Assembly: GCA_964019335.1 (NCBI GenBank)
Contig: OZ025724.1
Location: forward strand, 62,001-126,000
Source of the DNA: Diplonema japonicum
Taxonomy: Eukaryota > Protista > Euglenozoa: Diplonemea
Length of the DNA stretch: 64,000 nt
Reading direction: 5' to 3'
Part shown: positions 54,596-64,000 of the stretch, piece after piece
Position numbering within the stretch: position 1 is the stretch's first letter
How the letters are laid out: each line of letters begins with the position of its first letter
Program-made: the position numbers and the translations under genes
The notes under the pieces: model-generated
Databases searched by the model: none
Seen by the model: the letters and a program-made list of their open reading frames with translations, nothing else
Told to the model about the DNA's origin: nothing

Positions 54596-56215
54596 TCTGT
54601 TAATACTCCCCTTCTGGAGCATTGCTTTCATCCCGATTGAGGCCGTGAGCGTCTTGCGGAGTCGTGTGATGCGGTCTCGCTTGTAGTCGGCTTTCAATTC
54701 CATTAGCTTGTCGTGCGTGGAGCGGGTGGCGAAAATAGTCCTGGAGATACCAATAGCTGCCTTTCCTCCAATGGCGATGAGGGACTTCACTCTTTTTCTC
54801 TCGTCCGCTGGGAAGGGGCGTCGCTTCTTCCGTGCCATGCATGCTGTGTTTATCTTTACGATGAGAGCTTTGATTCTGCGCGCCTATCTTCCAGCAGGCC
54901 TCCCAAAGACTTTCCGGTCGTCCATTCAAGAAGTCAATGGCCAGTTCCACCGCCGACACCTCCGAGGTGGTGTCCTTCTCCACCCAGCGCAGTTGTGACA
55001 ACCATTGTAGCGGGTTCAGGTACTGGGACAGGACCCCGCTCACTCCTTCGAGCTCGCCAGCTATCGGAACGAGGCATCTCTTACCTACCACATTTCGAAT
55101 CCACGGTAGCGGCTGTGTGTTGACATCCTCCTTCTGCATGAGCTCTACGTCTCGTTTCTCAACCACCACGGCTAAGTATCGTTGCAGCTTCTCTAGGTAC
55201 GCAAAGTCATGTCCTCTCGGCAGAATCGCGTGCAATTCCAGACACAGGGGCCATCCTGTCCTGTTGCGCAGTGGTTCCAAGCCGTCCTGTGCTAGCTCTT
55301 CCTGTGCGCAGGCGCACTCGTAGAGTTGATGGCGGAGTAGGGTTACCGTGTCCGGGTATGGTGATTCACACAGGTCGCACCTGAACCCTTGTGTGCGTGG
55401 TACTGTCGTTGTTGGGACTTGGTTTATGCTCTCTTCGACTTCTTCGGTGCCGTCACCTTCTGGCCAGGGGGACGCTTCTTTGGTTCGTTCCTGCATGCGG
55501 GCTAAGGTAGGGGACCCCTCCGGTGATAACCCGTCTCAGGCAGTAGGACATGAGCGGGTCCTTGGCTGTCTTCCATAGTTGGTTGGTTTTGGGATCCGCT
55601 CCCGCCTCCATCCCTCTCACTGTGTTCCTCTCGTTCGCCAGCGACCGCGTTCGGCCCAGGGTTTGTTCCCACAGTCTAGCAATTGCGCCCAGCTCCATCC
55701 TATATAGGGGAGCCACAGACCAGGTTGCCTACTGGTCCCATCGGGGTGGACCCCGTGCCGCACCCCGCAGCGATCCGCATGCATCTCTGTCGTAGTCGTT
55801 CGTCGTCGAGCGCTCCGGACACTGCCTTCAGGGAGTGGTATATCACATAGGAGAGGGGATCCTTGGTGTGCCCCTTCAAGGGACTGTGTTCACTGCGGTA
55901 GGAGAGCGTCCACGGTGGTGAGGGCCCCATAGGTTGCACGTTACCCTTGTCGACAATTTCTTGAGCGTCTCGTCACATGGGGGGGAGAACGGTCCGCTGT
56001 AGAGGCATGACGGAAGAACCGTCGTTGATGACCGACAGCGGGCACCCCTGGAGGATACCGTTTGTGGCCTCAAACGTGTCACCAACTCCTATGGGGTACT
56101 TGAACCTCCTCGTGATCTGGGAGTACATCCCTTGGAGTGCTCTTCCTATAGATTCGACCCAGGGCGCTCATGAGGTCAAGGGACAGCTGTTGTGGTACCA
56201 GGTCGAAGCACTTTC
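54593..56215 (-). mobile_element. Family A LINE copy, 5'-truncated with internal deletions
   Basis: High similarity to 59118-61122; RT remnant NGILQGCPLS is joined directly to TTVLPSCLY; ends at KGSINR followed by poly-T. Confidence 0.9.
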
Positions 56216-56589
56216 TAAAGAATATATGAGTTAAAAGAAGTCTTTGTGAGACGCCCCCTTGTTCTCATCTTCTACCTGCCCCTTTCAGCGGTTTCTCCTC
56301 CTTTGGTGGTCTTGCCGGCCTTCTCCCCAGCCTGGCCGCTTTTTCTCTTCGTTCTCTTGCGCATTGTCCTTTCAACGCCTCTAGGTCATGCTTGGTCTTC
56401 GGTGATGCAAATATCGCCCTCCTGTATGAAACGGCTGCCCAACGAAACCAACAGAGCCTGCCCCGTCCCACGACGGTCCGTCTTGCCCCCGAAGAACGCA
56501 ACCATGACCTGTTCGTGCTTCACCACCAAGTCTCGACATAGGACCAACCTCAAATCCACAAACCTGGCGGTTCTTGCCCCGTGAAGTCA

Positions 56590-58155
56590 TCAGCAAACGA
56601 TGCAACACTCTTTACTTTTACAGGTTGCTTGCTTCACAGGAGGACCCCAGGACCTTGTTGGTATTCTTGGTCGCTCTTCCTGTTGTGCTGGCTCCTCCTC
56701 CTGTTGTGCTGGTTGCTCCTCCTGTTCCTGTTGATGTCCCCGTAGTCTGAGGAATTCCACAACATCTTTCCTGTGTTCCACTGGGGTCCCTGAAAGAAAA
56801 CAGCTGCCGACAGTGGTGACATTGCGAAGGGGGTTGAGATCTACAGTTCTCAAAGAGCTGCAGTTCTTGAGAAAGCTGTCACCAAGATGCTGAACGTGCA
56901 AGGGGATCAGATCAACAGAAGTCAATGATTCACAGCCATGGAGAAAACGATCACCTATATTTGTGATGTTCTGCAAAGGACCCAGATCAACAGAAGTCAA
57001 TGATTCACAGCTACGGAGAAAATCACGTCCGACGGTGGTGACATTGCCAAAGGGGCTCAGATCAACTGTCTTCAAAGAGCTGCAATCTTGGAGAAAACTG
57101 TCATCTACTTTTGTGATGTTCTGAAGGGGACTCAGATCAACAGTCGTTAGAGCTTTGCAGTTGAAGAGAAAATGGAGAATTGTAGATGCAGAAGTAAAGG
57201 TGTTGCGCAGGGGGCTCAGATCGATAGATCTTAAAGAAACACCATAAAACATGAAACCCAAGTGGTCCATACTGGTCACATTCTGCAAGGGACTCAAATC
57301 CACAGAAGTCAATGATACACAGCCACAGAGAAACCAAGAGCCGACGGTGGTGACATTGCCAAAGGGGCTCAGATCAACTGTCTTCAAAGAGCTGCAACCA
57401 TAGAGAAACCAGCCCCCAATGGACTCAACATTCTGCAAAGGACTCAAATCCACAGAAGTCAATGATGTGCAGTTATAGAGAAAAGAGCCGACGGTGGTGA
57501 CACTGCCAAAGGGGCTCAGATCTACAAAAGTCAATGATTCACAGTCTCTGAGAAACATATGTCCGACAGTTGTGAGGTTCTGGAGGAAACCTAGATCCAC
57601 AGTAGTTAGGGATTTGCACCTGCAGAGGAAAGAGTCCCCAACAGACTGAAGACCCTGCAAGGCCGACAGGTCCAAGGTGACGAGTGAGGAGCCAGACAAA
57701 AAGGAGTCCCCAATAGAGGTTGCACCGTCGCTCAGGGTCCACACCTTGAGGTGACGAAGCTTTGAGGGAAGCTTGCTTGTGAGTCCATCATCAAGACAGT
57801 CCAGACCAGTGACATCCACCACAAGAAGAAGCTCAGGATTCTCCTCAAGATGTCTTTCAACATCCTCTTTCAAATGCGAGAGGTCCACATGACTGACATC
57901 AATTGTTTTATAAATACTGAACAAGAGAAGCTTGCTCCCCTGCCCCATCCCCAGCTGCTGTATCTCCTGTTCCCCACCGCCAGATGTCTCATTATCCAAG
58001 ACCACCCCTTCGAATTGTAAGTGGAACCTCCCCACCTCCACCGCAGAAACCTCAGCCGCCTTCCTGTACAAGTCCTTCACCCTGTCAAGCCCAGACAGCT
58101 CCACCTCGTGCACCACATCCTCGTCGACAGTCCTGATCAACACTGCGAGGCTCAT
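56590..58155 (-). CDS. Ubiquitin-like - BspA-type LRR - CaaX protein (paralog 3, intact)
   Basis: Start MSLAVLIRT at 58155; ~14 LRRs; Q/E-rich linker; C-terminal KECCIVC. Confidence 0.88.
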   Translation of the reverse strand: MSLAVLIRTVDEDVVHEVELSGLDRVKDLYRKAAEVSAVEVGRFHLQFEGVVLDNETSGGGEQEIQQLGMGQGSKLLLFSIYKTIDVSHVDLSHLKEDVERHLEENPELLLVVDVTGLDCLDDGLTSKLPSKLRHLKVWTLSDGATSIGDSFLSGSSLVTLDLSALQGLQSVGDSFLCRCKSLTTVDLGFLQNLTTVGHMFLRDCESLTFVDLSPFGSVTTVGSFLYNCTSLTSVDLSPLQNVESIGGWFLYGCSSLKTVDLSPFGNVTTVGSWFLCGCVSLTSVDLSPLQNVTSMDHLGFMFYGVSLRSIDLSPLRNTFTSASTILHFLFNCKALTTVDLSPLQNITKVDDSFLQDCSSLKTVDLSPFGNVTTVGRDFLRSCESLTSVDLGPLQNITNIGDRFLHGCESLTSVDLIPLHVQHLGDSFLKNCSSLRTVDLNPLRNVTTVGSCFLSGTPVEHRKDVVEFLRLRGHQQEQEEQPAQQEEEPAQQEERPRIPTRSWGPPVKQATCKSKECCIVC

Positions 58156-58299
58156 GTTTATATGGTTCTTTGTCCTTTTTCGAATATTGCAGAGAGTGAC
58201 ATGAAACAAACGTGCGGCTTTCTTTTTCGGTTTCCCCCCCCCCCCCCCCCCGGCCGCTGTTATGTGCAAAAATAAAAATATGAGCTCGTCCGAAAAAAA

Positions 58300-58927
58300 A
58301 TGTCAACACTTTTTTGGGCACCTCCGAAAATTTCTTGTTTTGATTATTTGAGCAAAAAAAGGGCAGCTGAAATGATTGTAGGTTAGAATAAAGAAGCAGC
58401 ATGCAACCATAGGAAGATGACATATATGGTGTACCTGTTGCCGTTCTTTCAATTGCGATGCTTGTTTTGCCGTGAGGGTGGCAGGCTTTGCAACCGGCTG
58501 CCCCCGGGAAGCGAAAAACAGAGGTCAGAAAAACGACGAAAAATGTTTAAAATGCAGTTTAAAAGCTTGAAATGCAGCACCTAGGGTGCATAAAAGTGGT
58601 GAACACACACCTTTGTGACCCCTGGGTACAACCCAGGGTCGGGTTATTGTTAAAAGTACTTAGCGAAAAATATATGGCGTTGCATAGCCCCCCCAAAACC
58701 AGGTTTTTTAGCCCTATTTTTTGCTTTTTCGAGGGGTCCTAAGGGAATTGGCCTAAAAGGCCCATTTTCCTGAAACCCAATTCTTAACACTTGCCTGCTC
58801 AACATCGGTATCTTTGGGGCCAAATATGCATTCTCTACCCATCTGCTGAGGTTTGTCATTTTTTTTCTTAAGTAAACTCATGACAAATTAAAAGTTGAGA
58901 TGTTTGCTTTTAAAGGGCCCTTAGGGG
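58300..58927. repeat. Composite repeat with piggyBac-related pieces; 58335-58510 is duplicated at 47379-47521
   Basis: Shares aaaaaagggcagc/atgcaaccataggaag with 35399-35428 and aaaagtacttagcgaaaaa with 37014-37032; TIR-like gggcccttagggg at 58915-58927. Confidence 0.5.
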
Positions 58928-59053
58928 ATTTTAGCCTAAAATAGGCCAAAATGGCAGTATTTTCCCCACTCCATTTTAATAGTGATAAAGAGCCCAAACC
59001 ACCCAAAATGACCCCTTAAGTTGCGTCCATTTCTTCTCGCTTTTCATTTGAAG

Positions 59054-62000
59054 AAAACAAAACTCAAAGTACAGGACAAGCCCCCCGCTAGAGGGCCGCC
59101 CTATGGGAGGGGGGGGTCTATCTGTTAATACTCCCCTTCTGGAGCATTGCTTTCATCCCGATTGTGGCTGTGAGCGTCTTGCGGAGTCGTGTGATGCGAT
59201 CCCGCTTGTAGGCGGCCTTCAAATCCATCAGCTTGTCGTGCGTGGACTGGGTAGCAAAAATGGGCCTCCTGGAGAAGCCTATAGCTGCCTTTCCTCCTAT
59301 GGCGATGAGGGATTTCACCCTTTTCTGCTCATCCGCTGGGAAGGGGCGTCGCTTCTTCCGTGCCCTGCACGCTGCGTTTATCTTTACGATTAGGGCCTTG
59401 ATTCTGCGTGCCCTATCTTCCAGCAGGCCTCCTAATGATTTACCGGTCGTCCATTCGAAGTCAATGGCTAGCTCCACCGCCGACACCTCCGAGGCGGTGT
59501 CCTTCTCCACCCAGCGCAGCTGTGACAACCATTGTAGCAGCGGGTTCAGGTACTGGGACAGGACCCCACCCACTCCCTCGAGCTCGCCTGCTATCGGAAC
59601 GGGGCATCTCTTTCCTACTACATTTCGTTCCCACGGTAGCGGCTGTGTGTTGACGTCCTCCTTCTGCACGAGCTCCACGTCCCGCTTCTCAACCACCACG
59701 GCCAAGTATCGTTGCAGCTTTTCCAGGTATGCAAAGGCATGTCCTCTCGGCAGTATTGCGTGTAGCTCAAGACACAGGGGCCATCCCGTCCTGTCGCGCA
59801 GCGGTTCCAAACCGTCCTGTGCCAGCTCGTCCCGTGCGCAGGCACACTCGTAAAGCTGATGGCGTAGTAGGGTTACCGTGTCCGGGTGTGGTGACTCACA
59901 CAGGTCACACCTGAACCCTTGTGTGCGTGGTACTTCCGTCGTTGGGACGTGGTCTATGCTGTCCCCGTCTTCCTCGGTGCCATCTCCTTCTGGTGCCAGG
60001 GGGACGCTCCTTTGACTCGTACCTGCATGCGGGCTAAGGTAGGGGACCCCTCCGGCGATCACCCGTCTCAGGCAGTAGGACATGAGTGGGTCCTTGGCTG
60101 TCTTCCACAGTGCCCGCGCTCGGCCCAGGGTTTGTTCCTACAGTCTAGCAGCTGCGTCCAGTTCCACCCTATGTAGGGGAGCCACCGACATATTAGGTTG
60201 CCTACTGGCCCCATTGGGATGGACCCCGTGCCGCACCCCGCAGCGATCCGTGTGCATCTCCGTTGCAGTCTCTCGTCGTCAAGCGCTCTGGACACTACCT
60301 TCAGGGAGTGGTATATCACATAGGAGAGGGGGTCGCTGGTGTGCCCCTTCAAGAGGACCGTGTTGACCGCGGTTGGAGATCGTCCACGATGATGCGGGCC
60401 CCACAGATTGCATGTTACCCTCGTTGACAACTTCTTGAGTGTCTCGTCACATGGGGGAGAGAACGGCCCGCTGTAGAGGCATGACGGGAGTACTGTCGTG
60501 CTGACCATGTGTGCTTTGGTCTCGAAAGCTAATCTCGTGCACCCTAGCCGGTCTAGTGAGTCAAGTGCATCCGTGGATGGTCTGTTCCATTTCGTTCCTG
60601 TCCTGCGCGTGTTGATCATCACGCCAAGCCCTTTGAAGTCCGTCACTGTCTTGTAAGGTACAGCAACTACCGAGCCTTTCCTAATCGCCGTACGGTCTCC
60701 TACGACTCTCGACTTGTAACCCTCTGCGGTGCCAAAGCCAACCGTCTTTTCCTCGTTGACCTTCATGCCAGTCAGGTCGCAGAACTCCAGAGTCCCTTCG
60801 ACCGCTGCTTGTAGGGAGTCGCGTAGCTTCGCTAACAGGTAAGCGTCGTCGGCATATGCTAGCACCTCGGCGTCCGGCGCTACTTGCTCGATGGCCCGTA
60901 TCATGATGGAGAGCAGGGCGTTGATGACAATGACCGACAACGGGCACCCTTGGAGGATTCCGTTTGTGGCCTCAAATGTGTCACCTACTCCTATGGGGTA
61001 CTTGAACCTCCTTGTGATCTGGGAATACATCCCCTGGAGTGCTTTCCCTATGGACTCGTCCATCCCCAGGGCGTTCATGAGGTCAAGTGACAGCTGTTGT
61101 GGGACTAGGTCGAAGCACTTTCGAAAATCCAGGGCTAGTCCCTCCAGAGGCTCTCCTTCCACCAAAGCCAGCTCCAGCTTGGTACACAGTTCCATGAGGG
61201 CTGTTGTCGTGCTGTGCTTGGGCCTAAACCCGTGCTGTCTCGGCGTGATCCAACGTTCCTGCCAGTCAAGGACATCCTTCAGCCTCGTACACGCCCACAA
61301 GCGGTAGATGGTGCTGGTCACTGTGATGGGTCGGTGGTTCAGCGGTGCTGACCCTTCACCCTTTGGTATCAGTGACACCAGGGCTGTCGTGATCTGTCTC
61401 GGCCACTGGCCCGTCTCCTCAATCAGGTTGAAGAGGTCTGCGAAGGCCTTTAGGATGCTCACCGGGAGACGTTTCAGCTCACTCATTCGCCAGCCGTCTA
61501 CGCCACAGGCTCCCTTCTCCGGCTTCTTTTTGACCACTTCTCTTAGCCGCTCTGCTGTGATCGGGGTCCGCGTCATTGGGGTTTTCTTGATTAAGTCCCT
61601 GTAGCGCTGTGCGAATCGTTCGTACTTCTGGTGTCCGCGCAGAAAAGATGCCCGACCAAGCATCCCGCATCACCTCGTCCATCTTCCGTAGGTTTGCGGT
61701 CACCCCGCCGTCTGCTGTCTCAACCACATCTGTCTTCTGGTTTGGGCGGTCTCTGACCCAGGCCGTGATGTGTCTGCGCTCCTTCCCAAAGTCTGAGCGT
61801 ATTGAACGTTCGTATGCTTTCGCCTGCATGTTCTTGCGTTGTAGGAGCAGCTCCGATAACATTCCCTGGGCGTGATCTTCAGCTATTTCCAGCTCTCCCC
61901 TGATGCTATCAATACTCCCTGCCGCGTCGGTCTTGCAGGACTCGACCTTCAGCTCTTCCCCCAACGTTGTAATGTTCCTGAGTGTGTTCCGTACCTCTAC

Positions 62001-64000
62001 TGGGAGCGGCCCGCAGTGCCCGCCCTCATAGAGCTTTAACATTTGCTGTTTTGCGCTTCGGATTTTGAGCTTCAACTTCTCAAGTCGTTGTTGTCGATTT
62101 GTTGCCGCCCCAACTGTCGACTCCGTAGACCTCGCACTCAGCTCCGACTTCGTAGGCTCCCGAACCTTGCCTCTCCCGGTGTATACGCTGCGCACCGGAC
62201 CCACGTATCCATGTAGTAGGTACTGCTCCGCGAGGTCTGCTATCTCCGAGAACGCTTCGGTGGGCTTCTGCGCCGTAATGAACTCACGGTATTTCGACTT
62301 CTGCATCAGTGTCTCCGCTACTCCGGTGGGTGCCCTCTTGGTCTTCGGTATCTCCTGCGGGACGGTGTATCTTAGGACTTCTTGTCGGAAGGCTGGGATG
62401 TTGAGTGTTACCGACAGGCATCGGTGGTCCGACCCGGAGATAGCCTCGTTTACTCCACAGTGTTCGAGCCCCTGGGCCGCGATGTTGTTCAACAGTACCC
62501 TATCCACCCGCGTACTGCAGTTGGTTCTGACAAGCGTGCTCTCTACCTGCGCTCCATCCCTCCGAGCACAGAACGCAGCGGCGTCTACCCAATCCGTCTG
62601 TAGAGCCCTCCTTAGCGTGGCGGAACGGGTTTCGTCCGTGTTGAAGTCACCCATCACGGCCACCGGCACGTCTCCCAGCTCGAACTTGAGTCGGTGTAGT
62701 AGGTAATGGAGAAGCTCCTCACGGTACTTCGCCTTCGTCGGGTCTTGTCCTGAGTGGCAGTATACATTCACCAAATGAAGCCATCGCTTGTTCCCATCAA
62801 GTGAGATTTTCACGTGTGACCATCTGTCCTTGTGCGGCCCAGCCGTTTCACAGACCACCGCTGTCCGTGGTTTTTTCACAAAGATCCCTAGTCCGCCCCG
62901 CTTCGCTATCGTCAGAGACGTGACACCCTTGGTCTCCCTCCCCGGCTGAGGTTTGCTCCAGAATCTGGTGTATTGTTTGCCCCAAACATCATCTCTCAGC
63001 ACGTGTTCAATCTCCATCTGAGTCTGTGCTGTGAGGGCAGTTTCTTGGATGCAGAATGCGTCCGGGAGGACAGTAGAGTACTCACCCAGCCGGTTGTTTA
63101 GTGCTGAGCCGTTGTGTGTGAAAATGGTGAAACTCTCTGGTCCTGGCTCTGGTCCGGGGTGGGGTTCGACACCTTGTTCGATGAGGCGTTCAAATTTCTT
63201 GTCAGATAGGCGTATCGGATGTATTTGGATGGACGGGAAAGGGGGGGAGGGAATGGGTTTGAAGGGTGGGTTTGGGGGGAGTTCCCCTGTAGTCACTGCT
63301 CGCTTTGCTCGCATCCGCGGCACTTTACCCTATTGCAGTCTAATATTATGCAGGACTGTGCTGGGTTGTTTTTCGTGATATTCCCGTTGCAGTAGTGGCA
63401 CACCCCCTTCCAGTATTGGTATGTCCCGTTGTAGACGTGGCATATGCCTTTGCCCAGGCAGTCGTTGATGTCGGTGCCCTCATCTAGGTCGATGTCGGTG
63501 TCATCGTCAGTCGGGGGGGGACCCAAGTCATCCTCCGTCTCCATGTCGTCGTTTTCTCCTTCCTCGGTTAGCGAACGGGGCTGGTCCTTGTCCAGTCTCG
63601 AGATCGTCGCCTCCGTGAGGGCTTTTATCTGCTCGGTGAGAGCTGCCATCTGGGTGCGCATCTGCTGGACCTCCCCTCGCAGCTGCGCGTTCTCTCTCCG
63701 CAGTTCGATCACTTCCGCAGATGGCTCGTCGTCTCTGCTCGGTTCCCCCGCCAGCTTGCGGATCGCATTTTCGATTGCTGTGAGGCGGTCTTCCACTCCC
63801 GGGGTACCTGATTTTCCCGTCGCTGTGGGCGCCTTCCCGGACTTCAGAGGGGCAGTCTTTTTCGGGGGAGCGGTCTTCTTCCCTGTAGCAGGTGGTTTGT
63901 GGCCGGGCTGGGTGGACCCCGTCACTGCGCCTAGGTAGGATTTGCCTGTGGCTGTGGTCCCTGTCTTCGGTCTTCCCCAGGACTGTGCAGTCGGTGTCTT
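59054..64000 (-). mobile_element. Near-complete APE-RT non-LTR retrotransposon (family A): ORF1 (>64000..63293), then ORF2 with 2A-like peptide, APE, RT, CCHC finger (frameshift near 61630, deletion near 60110)
   Basis: APE: THN, CIQET, NVY, MGDFN, RVDRVL, SDHRCL. RT: LIPK, RPITV, QHGFRP, DFRKCFD, GILQGCPLS, YADD. ORF1 has a coiled coil and Cys cluster and is open to the window edge. Confidence 0.95.
63150..63215 (-). other. 2A-like (StopGo) peptide upstream of the APE domain
   Basis: IRLSDKKFERLIEQGVEPHPG/P immediately before EPGPESFTIFTHN; the consensus is (D/G)(V/I)ExNPGP. Confidence 0.7.

Noticed and set aside
3448-56291. CRISPR-like array from the recurring ~38-nt motif
   Set aside because: Copies are kilobases apart with no regular spacers or cas genes, and one terminates a LINE remnant.
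59066-59074. CTGTACTTT at the family A LINE 3' end as the missing 3' half of the SL exon (SL-targeted insertion)
   Set aside because: Only 9 nt, not followed by ATTG-GTATG, and not conserved in the homologous 3' UTR at about 5575-5585.

Overview
Eukaryotic (euglenozoan, probably diplonemid-like) nuclear DNA, not prokaryotic. All ~23 recognisable host genes lie on the minus strand over 64 kb, a directional gene cluster separated by long A/T/G homopolymer tracts. A fragment matching my recollection of the diplonemid spliced-leader exon sits at 21956-21983. Housekeeping genes: UFL1, HOP2, a PhyH-type dioxygenase, a receptor adenylate cyclase, an acylated pseudokinase and a TLC-like membrane protein. 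Three further genes are broken up in the ORF track because they are split by tiny introns: a PpiC-like parvulin, SEM1/DSS1 and a 68-aa membrane microprotein. I can define 11 GT-AG introns of only 38-58 nt, mostly with GTATG donors; they are U-poor and lack a polypyrimidine tract. The right half is an island of repeat-domain receptor-like genes: a 1672-aa ADP-ribosyltransferase-NACHT-pentapeptide-WD40 NLR-like protein bracketed by direct repeats, a family of ubiquitin-like-LRR-CaaX proteins whose paralogs differ mainly at fixed repeat positions, and an ankyrin gene. Mobile DNA: two degenerate piggyBacs with TTAA/TIR ends, an APE-RT LINE family carrying a 2A-like peptide (one near-complete copy plus fragments), an RNase H LINE remnant, and about ten co-oriented retroposon 3' tails sharing a stem-loop. 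Homopolymer lengths and some frameshifts may be sequencing errors. All family assignments come from motif recognition by eye, not database searches.
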